From positions 90,001-122,000 of the forward strand of contig CP006915.1 in the NCBI GenBank assembly GCA_000503915.1: a stretch of 32,000 nucleotides of DNA. Reading direction: 5' to 3'. The position numbers and the translations under genes were made by a program. Positions 7,251-16,454 of this stretch are shown here, piece by piece (within the stretch, counting starts at the first letter, position 1; every line of letters begins with the position of its first letter). Below the pieces are notes generated by a model. It saw only the letters and a list, made by a program, of their open reading frames with translations, did no database searches and was not told where the DNA came from. Source of the stretch: Candidatus Saccharimonadota bacterium (GTDB lineage: Bacteria > Patescibacteriota > Saccharimonadia > Saccharimonadales > Saccharimonadaceae).

Positions 7251-8816
7251 CTAGAGTTGATCTTTTTTGACGCTGATAAACGCCGCCCATTGACGGACAA
7301 GTCGCAGCACAGTTTTAAGGGGCAGCTCGATCAGCATGTCAAGCGCCAACGCAACAATATTTACCTTGGCGTATTTTTCATTCATATAGCGACCGACGAC
7401 AACAAAAGGCATGTAGAGAAAGTCTCGCACCAGCGTAATGCCGTTTTGAGTCGCTTCGACCGATTCAATCTCACGGATCATACGGCTGAGACGGAAGCCA
7501 AGGAAGCTGGCACCAGATAGGAAGACAAAGAAGATAGTGAGGTGAAGAATATCAAACGAGAAAGCACTCCACAACAACCACGCCACACCACCAAAGACGA
7601 GGATGAAAATCAAGGCGTAGACGAAGTTATAGGCAAATCCAAAGCTCTGGACAGACCGACGTTCAAGCTGGCGTACTCCGCCCTCCTCGTATAACGTGCG
7701 GTCAATCTGCTCCGACAAGCGACGCGTATTGGCAGCCCCAGGTAGGATCAACGTCGCGCGGAGCAGGAGCATGTAGACGGGTGGAAAAATGAGATTGATC
7801 AGCAGCGGTGTCCACAAGATCATTCCAGCTACGATATAGTCGTACGGCACCTCAACCGCAATACCGATCAAGAATTTGGTAATAACGAGAAAGATAACAC
7901 TCCGAACAATACCCTTGTTGACACGACGATTGATCGACTGATAGTCTGTCTCAACCTGTGATTCGTACGCCGAGAGAAATTGTTCGCGGTGGGCGAGCGT
8001 TGCTGGCAACGAGGTGTCTTCATCCATCATATGACGCAAAACGCGCAGGTGTGCACCGCGCCGGTCGACGATACGGTAGAGCTTCTCGGTAGTGGCTGAG
8101 GTAAACAGCGTATCGAGATGCTTGTTGATATCGATATATTCTTGCAGGGCATCGACACTGCGCTGGTAGCGGCGTAGTAGCCCGAGGCGAACAACCGCCT
8201 CATCAGATTTCAAAAGTGCCCGATGGATTGCTACGTAGAGCGATGTTTCGACGTCCGCCGGCTGCGTACCAAAGAGCCGCTGGAAATCAATCGTATCGAG
8301 GAAGTAGCCATGCGCGAACTGAGTAAATGCCTGTAAATAACTGGCGTCATGAAGTAGCCACTCCACTTCAACCGCAAGCACCTCGTACGTCCACTGTTCG
8401 ATTTGCCGATGAGACAAGCCACGCTTGCGATTTAGTGCCGTGTAGGCGGCATAATACCTCGTCGCCAATTGACTTATTTCCTGGACGGTTTTTTCCGAAA
8501 TCGTATCGTTTGCTACATAGCCAGCCTGTGTCAGTTCGATCGCTAGCTCTTCCCCGCTCCGGGCAATATAGTTGGCGTCGTGTACGATAAACAGCCGCTT
8601 ATAAAAACGACGGATAGCACGTTGGAGCAAGACGTGTTCTTCGGTATACTCGGCAGCATTTCGTAGTTGCTCATACGCTGCGGTCAGCGTACTCCCTGCG
8701 CCAACAACGTGAACTTTCTGCTCTTGAGCCAGCTGTTCTTCACGGACAGCCGACTGCTTGCGGGCAGTCTCAAGATGATGGGCCAATTGCTGGCTTAAAT
8801 GATTTAGTTGTGTCAT
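7251..8816 (-). CDS. hypothetical membrane protein (helical soluble N-terminal half, about 5-6 TM helices in C-terminal half)
   Basis: 521-aa ORF flanked by two tRNA genes on the same strand. I recognise no family. Confidence 0.75.
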   Translation of the reverse strand: MTQLNHLSQQLAHHLETARKQSAVREEQLAQEQKVHVVGAGSTLTAAYEQLRNAAEYTEEHVLLQRAIRRFYKRLFIVHDANYIARSGEELAIELTQAGYVANDTISEKTVQEISQLATRYYAAYTALNRKRGLSHRQIEQWTYEVLAVEVEWLLHDASYLQAFTQFAHGYFLDTIDFQRLFGTQPADVETSLYVAIHRALLKSDEAVVRLGLLRRYQRSVDALQEYIDINKHLDTLFTSATTEKLYRIVDRRGAHLRVLRHMMDEDTSLPATLAHREQFLSAYESQVETDYQSINRRVNKGIVRSVIFLVITKFLIGIAVEVPYDYIVAGMILWTPLLINLIFPPVYMLLLRATLILPGAANTRRLSEQIDRTLYEEGGVRQLERRSVQSFGFAYNFVYALIFILVFGGVAWLLWSAFSFDILHLTIFFVFLSGASFLGFRLSRMIREIESVEATQNGITLVRDFLYMPFVVVGRYMNEKYAKVNIVALALDMLIELPLKTVLRLVRQWAAFISVKKDQL

Positions 8817-8828
8817 AAATTTTCAGTC

Positions 8829-8905
8829 TGGTACACCCGGTAGGATTCGAACCTACGACACCTGGTTCCGAAGACCAGTGCTCTAATCCACTGAGCTACG
8901 GGTGC
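8829..8905 (-). tRNA. tRNA-Arg(UCG), CCA encoded
   Basis: Reverse complement reads GCACCCG TA GCTC AGTGGATTA GAGC A CTGGT CTTCGGA ACCAG GTGTC GTAGG TTCGAAT CCTAC CGGGTGT A CCA. The cloverleaf is complete. Confidence 0.9.
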
Positions 8906-9084
8906 TCACTACATACATTGTACTGCAAATACACGAGCCAGCGAACTTCGGAACTATAATACCAGGTAACAATCCAAGTCCACTGACCTGCCCGTTCTGT
9001 CGAACAGACAGGCGGGGCTACGGGTGCATAAATACAGGGGTAATTATAGCACGTATGACCCGAAGTGCGCTATACTCTTGTCAT

Positions 9085-10104
9085 ATGGACGTCCACACAA
9101 ACATTCCTCTTAAAAACTATACGACCATGAAGCTAGGCGGCAACGCCCGCTTTATGACTGAGGTACATACTCCCGACGAGCTGGCCGAAGCGATCCGTAA
9201 TGCCGGGAAGCAGAATATCGCTTTATTCATCCTCGGCGGCGGCAGCAACATCGTCGTACGTGACGATGGCTTCAACGGACTCGTCATCCGAAACCATATC
9301 CCAGGATTTGAGGTCGTCGAACAAACCGCTAGCTCCACCACGATCAAGATTGGTGCCGGCGAGAATTGGGACGAGATCGTCAAGCGTAGCGTTGAAATGG
9401 GCTTAAGTGGTATCGAAGCGCTCTCGGCCATTCCCGGAACGGCCGGTGCAGCTCCCGTCCAAAATATCGGTGCTTATGGGCAGGAAATCGCTGACACGCT
9501 CCAGTCACTCGAAGCGTACGACAGCCAGAAAAATGAATTTGTTACGCTTTCAAACAGTGCCTGCCATTTCTCCTACCGCAACAGTATCTTCCGCTCCACG
9601 CATCAAGGCCGCTACGCGATCATCTCTATCACACTCAAGCTCTACCATACTCCGCCACAGCCACCCTTCTACGCTGCGCTCGAAACCTACTTTAATGAAC
9701 ATGGTGTCACCCTATTTACCTCACAGGTTGTCCGCGACGCAGTAATCGCTATCCGAAAAGATAAGCTACCCGACCCAACCGAGCGGCCAAACGCCGGTTC
9801 ATTCTTTAAAAACGCCATTGTCGAAGAGTGGCAGCTGGGTGAACTCAAAAAAAACTGGCCCGATATGCCTGCCTATGACCTCGGTAATAAAACCTATAAG
9901 GTACCGACCGGTTGGTTGATCGAACAAGCCGGCTTTAAAGGAAAACTCCTCCACGGCATACGAATACACGACAAAAACTGTCTAGTACTCATCAACGAAT
10001 CGGCCGGAGGCTACGCTGACCTAGCCGCCGCCAAGCGCGAGATCGCTGGCGCCGTACGCGATACGTTCCGAATCTCTATCGAGCAAGAACCGCTGGAAAT
10101 CTAA
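9085..10104 (+). CDS. murB: UDP-N-acetylenolpyruvoylglucosamine reductase
   Basis: FAD-binding N-terminus (NYTTMKLGGNARF, FILGGGSNIV) and MurB C-terminus (GWLIEQAGFKG...LVLINE). The ORF-track start 8902 overlaps tRNA-Arg. ATG 9085 (or 9055) is more plausible. Confidence 0.85.
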   Translation: MDVHTNIPLKNYTTMKLGGNARFMTEVHTPDELAEAIRNAGKQNIALFILGGGSNIVVRDDGFNGLVIRNHIPGFEVVEQTASSTTIKIGAGENWDEIVKRSVEMGLSGIEALSAIPGTAGAAPVQNIGAYGQEIADTLQSLEAYDSQKNEFVTLSNSACHFSYRNSIFRSTHQGRYAIISITLKLYHTPPQPPFYAALETYFNEHGVTLFTSQVVRDAVIAIRKDKLPDPTERPNAGSFFKNAIVEEWQLGELKKNWPDMPAYDLGNKTYKVPTGWLIEQAGFKGKLLHGIRIHDKNCLVLINESAGGYADLAAAKREIAGAVRDTFRISIEQEPLEI

Positions 10105-10142
10105 CGCTTGCCTCAGGGCGTGAAACATCTTATGCTTATTAC

Positions 10143-10721
10143 ATGAGAAATCGGCCTGCCTTTACTATCGTCGAGTTACTAGTGACACTTGTCGCTATGA
10201 CGATCCTGATGACGTTAGCCGTCGTCAGTTTCAAGAGCGTTCAGGTGGATGCCCGCGATACCGAGCGAGAAGCAGACGTCAAAAATATAGCTCGGGGTCT
10301 CGAGCAGCGCTATAAAGAAGGCAACCCGGTGGCCACAGCCCCCGCCCCTGATGTACAAAAAGGTTCGTACCCCGGCATTAATGAAGCCCTTCATATCGAC
10401 GGCTGGGCGCGTGCGGGCTATACTCCCGAGTCTTACGGCGGCAACTATCGTCGGCTTGCGTTCCCAGGTACGGAAGAGTCGTCATTCACGAATCCAGAAG
10501 GCGAGTTCGCATGGACACAAATATGCGTCTATGGCTGCGCCCTTGCAGGGGATACCACTCAAATAAATAATGCCATGAATGGCGAAGATCGCTATGTCTA
10601 CGAGCCTATCGATAAGAATGGTGGCGTCTGCTGCTGCGGTGAATGTATTCGATTTAATATCTATTGGCGCAAAGAAGTAGATGGTAGCCTCCAGAAAGTA
10701 AAGAGTCTTCACCAGCAATGA
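10143..10721 (+). CDS. type IV pilin-like (minor pilin/pseudopilin) protein
   Basis: Prepilin N-terminus MRNRPA|FTIVELLVTLVAM with Ala rather than Gly at -1. The C-terminus is Cys-rich (VCCCGEC). Confidence 0.75.
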   Translation: MRNRPAFTIVELLVTLVAMTILMTLAVVSFKSVQVDARDTEREADVKNIARGLEQRYKEGNPVATAPAPDVQKGSYPGINEALHIDGWARAGYTPESYGGNYRRLAFPGTEESSFTNPEGEFAWTQICVYGCALAGDTTQINNAMNGEDRYVYEPIDKNGGVCCCGECIRFNIYWRKEVDGSLQKVKSLHQQ

Positions 10722-11131
10722 AAAAGAACCTACTTCATCACACCCAACAAGGCTTTACGGCAGTCGAACTGCTGATTACACTCTTTATTGCCGCCATCTT
10801 CTCACTGGCTGGCTATATGCTCTATGCACAGCTCAACGATAGCGGAGAAAACGCCAAACGTATCGCCACCATATCCTCTCTCGTATACGACCAGCTCAGC
10901 AACGCCCACCAATACGTCGCAGCCAGCGGCTGCACACCAAATACCAGTATCCCCGCCTTGACACCAACCGTTACTGGTTTTAAGTCAGTCCAAATTACCA
11001 CGACTGTCACTTGTCCTTTTCCAAGCACTACGGGAGGTGCTGCTAACGTTTCACTAATCACCGTTAAAGCCACCTACAGTTATCGTTCTAACACGGATAC
11101 CCTTTCTCATGCGCAATATGCCAGCAACTAA
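10718..11131 (+). CDS. type IV pilin-like (minor pilin) protein
   Basis: MKKNLLHHTQQG|FTAVELLITLFIAAIF. ATGA overlap with the upstream gene. Confidence 0.75.
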   Translation: MKKNLLHHTQQGFTAVELLITLFIAAIFSLAGYMLYAQLNDSGENAKRIATISSLVYDQLSNAHQYVAASGCTPNTSIPALTPTVTGFKSVQITTTVTCPFPSTTGGAANVSLITVKATYSYRSNTDTLSHAQYASN

Positions 11132-12977
11132 ACGCATTTCGTCAGGCTTTACACTCGTCGAGATGCTCATCATCGCGCCAATAGTGATTTTGTTTATCGG
11201 CGGCTTTGTCAGCCTACTCGTCGCGCTGACCGGCGACAGTCTCAAGCGCCACGCACAAAATATCATGACCTATGAGACACAGGCAGCCCTCGAAGATATC
11301 GAGACAAATGCAGCAAAAGCCACCTCCTTCCTGATGACTACTGGCACATTGCAGGATAAACAGGGTAAGGGCGACACAGGCGGCACCGCCTTTACCAACA
11401 CCTCATCAGGCGCGCCAGACACACTCATCTTTACCTCGCCTGCCACTACTAAAAATCCTTACGACGCCACACGAGGCCTTGTCTATACCGGCAGCGGCAC
11501 CTGTGATAGTACGAAGCCAGTATATGCCTATACCTCAGTCTATTTCGTCAATTCCAGCGGCACAATTTACAAGCGTACGATTCTTCCTACCGGCAGTACA
11601 TGTGCTACACCCTATCAGCAGGGTAGCTGTAGCGAGGCCATTATGTCCAGCTCACCGCCGGCATACTGTCAAGTAAAGGATGAGCAGCTCCTCTCTGATG
11701 TCACCGATTTTTCTGTGCAATACCTTGACAGTTCTGGTGCCTCGATTGCAAGTAGTAATGCAACTGAGGCGAAAGCCGTGAATATCTCTATTAGTACAAG
11801 TAAATCTGTTGCAGGAAAAGTAGTTAGCTATACCGGAAGCTCGCAATCAGCAGCACAAGGCTTGGCTCGCATTACGAACCTTGCAACTAATCCGAGCTTT
11901 GAAAATAATACTACTGGGTGGAATGCACTGGGCGGCTCAACATTTACCCAGGATGCCTCCTGGTCGGTCACTGGAAGCAAAAGTGCTCTATTAACCGCTT
12001 CTAGTGGCTCCAACGATAGCGCTGCTCAATTAGGTGGTTACGATAATGCAACCTTCGCCATCCAGCCTAATACGACATACACACTATCTGCCTACGGCAA
12101 GATAGTAAGCCCTGGAACAGGCACGCCCATTGGCAACGGATCAAGGCAGGTTACTTTCTGGGTAAATAATGGTTCGACATATACAGTCTACCGCGGCAAC
12201 CAGATAGAAAATACAGCAGGTGCAACAGGACGATCCTCAGTTACTTTTACAACGCCTTCGACTATAACACAATCTTTTATTCGACTCTATTTCGGCTATA
12301 CAGGCGGATCGATGCAATGGGATGGCGTAATGCTCTCATCGAGCGGTGGCACCTACACGTATGCCGATGGCAACTCGAATAACTGGGCGTGGAATGGCAC
12401 AGCAAATAATTCTACTTCGACCGGGCCGCCCCTGACTACGAACCTCCACACGAATCCGAGCTTTGAAAGTAATATCAGTGGGTGGGGCCAGTCTGCGTAT
12501 GCTTCGACCGCCAGGGTCACCGGATCGACCCTTGCCGGCAATGCTTACTTTCGCATAAGCAGGAGCGCTGCTGGCGACGCATACGCCTACTACACAGCAC
12601 CAACCGTTCCGCCGCCAAATTCGGCATACACCTTGTCATTTTGGGCATGGGCAGACGCAAATGTCACCGTCACCGACCCATTAATGTTTAGAACGAATAA
12701 CGACGGGGCATGCTGTGCGAATATCGCCACAAAATCTGGCCAGACGTTAACCACCGCACCCACAAAAATCACGCTATCTGGCATCACCGGATCAAATCCT
12801 ACCAGTGGACTGCAAATTATTCTGCGAGCCACTCCGACCATCGGACAAAACGTTTATTATGATGGCTTCATGATGGTAGAGGGGTCGAGCTCTTACAACT
12901 ACGCCGACGGTAGCTCTGCCAATTGGGCATGGAGTGGCACGGCAAATAATTCTACTTCAACCGGCCCGGCCTTCTAG
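11109..12977 (+). CDS. large pilin-like protein with two tandem CBM4/9-like modules (candidate pilus-associated adhesin)
   Basis: N-terminus ...RISSG|FTLVEMLIIAPIV. There are two ~180-aa modules, each starting N(L)xTNPSFExN..GW and ending Y.YADG.S.NWAW.GTANNSTSTGP. It overlaps the upstream gene by 23 nt. Confidence 0.8.
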   Translation: MRNMPATKRISSGFTLVEMLIIAPIVILFIGGFVSLLVALTGDSLKRHAQNIMTYETQAALEDIETNAAKATSFLMTTGTLQDKQGKGDTGGTAFTNTSSGAPDTLIFTSPATTKNPYDATRGLVYTGSGTCDSTKPVYAYTSVYFVNSSGTIYKRTILPTGSTCATPYQQGSCSEAIMSSSPPAYCQVKDEQLLSDVTDFSVQYLDSSGASIASSNATEAKAVNISISTSKSVAGKVVSYTGSSQSAAQGLARITNLATNPSFENNTTGWNALGGSTFTQDASWSVTGSKSALLTASSGSNDSAAQLGGYDNATFAIQPNTTYTLSAYGKIVSPGTGTPIGNGSRQVTFWVNNGSTYTVYRGNQIENTAGATGRSSVTFTTPSTITQSFIRLYFGYTGGSMQWDGVMLSSSGGTYTYADGNSNNWAWNGTANNSTSTGPPLTTNLHTNPSFESNISGWGQSAYASTARVTGSTLAGNAYFRISRSAAGDAYAYYTAPTVPPPNSAYTLSFWAWADANVTVTDPLMFRTNNDGACCANIATKSGQTLTTAPTKITLSGITGSNPTSGLQIILRATPTIGQNVYYDGFMMVEGSSSYNYADGSSANWAWSGTANNSTSTGPAF

Positions 12978-13257
12978 CTGATCTTAAGTAAAGTATGCGC
13001 TTCATCATAGGAAGCAACCCCCATGACAAAATTGTACACATAGCGGCTTAACTTTCCTCTTTAGGCCATACAATCGGTGCCGATACCGGACTATCTGTAG
13101 ATCCATTGATTGTTATCTGCATTGGTCGCTTGCACCTACAAAATCACCGAGATTACAAGGCATGGCCTCGCAAAATGAGAAATCTTACATAACTGTATCT
13201 TATAACTGTTTTTTGCCCCTTTAGCGATAATGTCTCCTGATTTATTAAACATTTCAC

Positions 13258-13286
13258 TTGTGCTTATAAATCAACGCGCGTATAAT
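13258..13286 (+). promoter_or_regulatory. sigma70-type promoter of first major pilin (TTGTGC-17-TATAAT)
   Basis: -35 at 13258-13263 and -10 at 13281-13286. The same ACTTGTGCTT -35 context recurs at 13811-13820, upstream of the second pilin (-10 TAAACT 13836-13841). Confidence 0.5.
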
Positions 13287-13318
13287 TTGAAGCAACTAAG
13301 CAAGGAACGAAAAAAGAC

Positions 13319-13789
13319 ATGATACTCACCAACTATAGAAACCGTGGTTTTACCATCGTCGAGCTCCTCATCGTCATCGTCGTGATTGCGATCCTTGCCT
13401 CTATTACCATCGTTTCTTATAACGGTATCCAAAACCGTGCCAAAGCCACCAGCGCCACCTCGACCGCGGCCAACGTCGCTAAAAAAGCCGAGCTAGCCAA
13501 TACCCTAGCGGGTTCTTACCCCTCATCTCTTGCTAATTTTGACGCCTACCCCGAGTCAAAAATGACCGGTTCCGGCCTCGGGCTGGGGACGCCGACCGCA
13601 GTAACTGGCGTCAACACCGTGAGCTATGAATACTGCTCGGCCGGTGCGGCGCTCGGCGGTGCTCGTATCCGTACCTGGGATTACAATACTGGTGCCCTCT
13701 CTGCAACCTACAGCTACATAGGCCCTGCCACTGGTGGTACGGCCTGCACAACTTGGGCTGCTACCCTAGCTCTAACCGCCGGTTCATAG
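13319..13789 (+). CDS. type IV major pilin (PilA-like) paralog 1
   Basis: MILTNYRNRG|FTIVELLIVIVVIAILA. Confidence 0.85.
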   Translation: MILTNYRNRGFTIVELLIVIVVIAILASITIVSYNGIQNRAKATSATSTAANVAKKAELANTLAGSYPSSLANFDAYPESKMTGSGLGLGTPTAVTGVNTVSYEYCSAGAALGGARIRTWDYNTGALSATYSYIGPATGGTACTTWAATLALTAGS

Positions 13790-13892
13790 GGGTCATATTT
13801 TTCACAAAATACTTGTGCTTTTCAGAGAACCACGCTAAACTTAATAGCATATAAGCATAGTCAGTTATTAAATAGGGGGCACAGGGTACCAG

Positions 13893-14354
13893 ATGCTGAA
13901 TAAAATAAAATCTAAAGAAAGCGGTTTCACCATCGTCGAACTCTTGATCGTCATTGTCGTGATCGCGATTTTGGCTGCGATTACGATTGTTGCGTACAAC
14001 GGTATTCAGAGCCGAGCTCGCTTAAGCTCTGCTCAACAAGCTGCAAACACCATCATGAAAAAAGCTGAGGTAGCCAACTCATTGACAAGCTCATATCCTA
14101 CTGCCGCAACCGGATTTTCTGCCAACACAGAGTCTGCAATTGCCGGACAGGGCATCTCGCTCTCCGCGACTGCTCCGACATCCAGTAATGGAACAAACAC
14201 GGTTATGTATGAACCTTGTACCGCTGGTGCCTCTGGAGCACGTATCAACTACTACGATTTTGTGGCTGGTACGGCAGCTAGCAAATACGTGTATGTAGGT
14301 AATGCATCTACAGGGTGTACAACGTGGGGCGCTGCCTTCGCAGTTGCCGGATAG
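13893..14354 (+). CDS. type IV major pilin (PilA-like) paralog 2
   Basis: MLNKIKSKESG|FTIVELLIVIVVIAILA. Confidence 0.85.
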   Translation: MLNKIKSKESGFTIVELLIVIVVIAILAAITIVAYNGIQSRARLSSAQQAANTIMKKAEVANSLTSSYPTAATGFSANTESAIAGQGISLSATAPTSSNGTNTVMYEPCTAGASGARINYYDFVAGTAASKYVYVGNASTGCTTWGAAFAVAG

Positions 14355-14395
14355 CAACCATAAATTTAATCTCTGTGAAGATAGGAACATCGATA

Positions 14396-14914
14396 ATGTC
14401 AAACATCATCAATCAGGTAAAGGATATGAAAAAGTCTCAGCGAGGCTTCACTATCGTCGAGCTTCTCATCGTCATCGTCGTCATCGCAATCCTGGCAGCA
14501 ATTACTATCGTTGCCTACAACGGTATACAGAACCGCGCCAAGGCCAGCGCCGCTCAAGAGCTTGCCTCGCAGATATATAAAAAAGCAGAGGCATGGAACG
14601 CTATTCAATCAAGCTATCCTAACTACTGCCAGCTAGCGACAAATACGGTCGCACCAACTCTTACCACTGCAGCTACGGCACCGACGACAGGAACAAGCGG
14701 CTGTACAAATGGTGGTGCGACCGGACCTGCCGAAGCAAAGATCGATGACGTAACAGAACTACGCTTTAGCGCAGCAACAGATCAGAACGCTGTACAGTAC
14801 AAATACTGTAGCGGTGGTGGTGGCACAATCACCTGGGTGGGAGGTGGAAGCACCGGTACGATCAACGCCGGAAATGCAACCGGTACCTGCAACGCCGGTC
14901 TTGGTGGCGTATAG
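14396..14914 (+). CDS. type IV major pilin (PilA-like) paralog 3
   Basis: ...MKKSQRG|FTIVELLIVIVVIAILA. The track start 14315 overlaps paralog 2. ATG 14396 (or 14426) is more plausible. Confidence 0.8.
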   Translation: MSNIINQVKDMKKSQRGFTIVELLIVIVVIAILAAITIVAYNGIQNRAKASAAQELASQIYKKAEAWNAIQSSYPNYCQLATNTVAPTLTTAATAPTTGTSGCTNGGATGPAEAKIDDVTELRFSAATDQNAVQYKYCSGGGGTITWVGGGSTGTINAGNATGTCNAGLGGV

Positions 14915-14935
14915 TTCACATATCTTAATACTAAT

Positions 14936-14968
14936 AAATCGAGCTCGGATGACGAGCTCGATTTATTT
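14936..14968. terminator. bidirectional rho-independent terminator between pilin 3 and glyA
   Basis: Perfect 12-bp stem AAATCGAGCTCG / CGAGCTCGATTT with loop GATGA and T-rich tail. Confidence 0.8.
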
Positions 14969-14981
14969 ATGTGCTTCTAGG

Positions 14982-16259
14982 CTAATAAGGCAACGGGAAG
15001 TCTTTTAGAAAATCTTCAACTTCCCCACGTAGAGCATTGAGTTGAGCTTCATCATCCCTACTATCGATCGCCTGCTTCATCCACTCAGCGATTTTAGGCA
15101 TGTGTTCTTCCTTCAGCCCACGGGTGGTTAGAGCCGGTGTACCCAGCCGAATACCGCTGGGCTTAAAGGGCGGCAGCTCATCATCAGGTACCGAGTTTTT
15201 GTTGAGCGTCAGACCAATCTTGTCGAGCGCTTCCTCGGCAACCTTGCCATCGATACCGAAGCTCTTGTGGATATTGGCGAGTATAAGGTGGTTACTCGTA
15301 CCGCCAGTCACCAGATTGAAGCCTCGTTGCTTTAACTCGTCGGCCAGCACGCTGGCGTTCTTGAGGATCTGCGCAGCATATTCTTTAAACTCCGGCTTTA
15401 ACGCTTCACCAAAAGCCACTGCTTTCGCGGCAATAACGTGCATGTGCGGCCCACCTTGCATGCCCGGGAAAACGGCACGGTCGATCAGGGTCGGGATATT
15501 CTCAAGTGTTTTCTCTGGTGCTTTTAGCGGATTACCCACCACGCCCTTCGACAGAATCATGCCGCCACGCGGACCACGCAGCGTCTTGTGCGTGGTGGTG
15601 GTAATGACATGGAAACCATAATCAAACGGATTCTTGGCCACACCGGCAGCAATAAGCCCTGCAATGTGCGCCATGTCGGCCATCAGCAGGCACCCATCAC
15701 CAACTTCACGGCCGATAGCCGCAAACTTTTCGTAGTCGAGCTCGCGTGGATAACCTGAGAAGCCAGCAATAATAATCTTTGGCTTTTCTTTGAGTGCTAC
15801 CTCGCGCAGGGCGTCGTAGTCAATCTCGCCCGTCTCAATATCTTTCATCTTGTAGCGCACAAAGTTGTACAGCTTGGCACTACGCGTCACCGGGGCGCCA
15901 TGTGTCAAGTGGCCGCCGTGGCTCAAGTCCATCGCCAGCACCGTATCGCCCGGCTCCAGCCAGGCACTGTAAACTGCTTCATTGGCCGGCGCACCAGAGT
16001 GCGGCTGGACATTGGCGTGGTCGGCTCCAAAGAGCTGTTTGGCTCGCTCAATCGCCAGCGTTTCAACCTGGTCGGTAAATTCCTGACCACCGTAGTAGCG
16101 GCGTCCAGGATACCCTTCAGAATATTTATTGGTAAAGACGCTTCCCAGCGCCTTGAGCACATCCGTACTGACATAATTCTCACTCGGGATCAGCTCGAGT
16201 CCGTCTTGCTGCCGCTTCACTTCACCGGCAATCAGCTGTGCTACTATATCGTCGTTCAT
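14982..16259 (-). CDS. glyA: serine hydroxymethyltransferase
   Basis: 425 aa. SENYVS, GYPGRRYYGG and TTTTHKTLRGPRGG (PLP-lysine region). SD GGAGGAGGG lies upstream. Confidence 0.95.
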   Translation of the reverse strand: MNDDIVAQLIAGEVKRQQDGLELIPSENYVSTDVLKALGSVFTNKYSEGYPGRRYYGGQEFTDQVETLAIERAKQLFGADHANVQPHSGAPANEAVYSAWLEPGDTVLAMDLSHGGHLTHGAPVTRSAKLYNFVRYKMKDIETGEIDYDALREVALKEKPKIIIAGFSGYPRELDYEKFAAIGREVGDGCLLMADMAHIAGLIAAGVAKNPFDYGFHVITTTTHKTLRGPRGGMILSKGVVGNPLKAPEKTLENIPTLIDRAVFPGMQGGPHMHVIAAKAVAFGEALKPEFKEYAAQILKNASVLADELKQRGFNLVTGGTSNHLILANIHKSFGIDGKVAEEALDKIGLTLNKNSVPDDELPPFKPSGIRLGTPALTTRGLKEEHMPKIAEWMKQAIDSRDDEAQLNALRGEVEDFLKDFPLPY

Positions 16260-16438
16260 ACGTAACCCTCCTCCATTTGGTTCATAAAAGTAAGTAAAAA
16301 AGTCCTAAGAGTAATTACAACATGTCGTTATTATAGCATTGGCGAGCCGAATGTTGCGAAAGCTTGCTTTCATTACTGAGACGATCCAATGTTACAGCGG
16401 CAACACCGTTATAACACCCTTTACTCTTATATCGTATG

Positions 16439-16447
16439 TGATATAAT
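16439..16447 (+). promoter_or_regulatory. extended -10 box TGATATAAT, 7 nt upstream of ATG 16455
   Basis: Read directly from the sequence. No SD fits in the 7-nt gap. Confidence 0.55.
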
Positions 16448-16454
16448 CGTACGC

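Noticed and set aside
8995-9010. TCTGTCGAACAGACAG resembles the P2 stem sequences of the structured element (a possible third copy).
   Set aside because: Only a 5-bp self-complementary mini-hairpin is present, and none of the conserved core (TAAAGGCGAAACG, CGAAAGTGG). The resemblance is probably chance.
8902-9084. N-terminal 61-aa extension of MurB in the ORF track.
   Set aside because: It overlaps the tRNA-Arg(UCG) gene and has no MurB homology. The canonical MurB N-terminus begins at MDVHTNIPLKNY.
11871-12974. Diversity-generating retroelement template/variable repeat pair in the large pilin.
   Set aside because: The two modules are diverged protein-domain duplicates whose substitutions are not confined to adenines. 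No reverse transcriptase is nearby.
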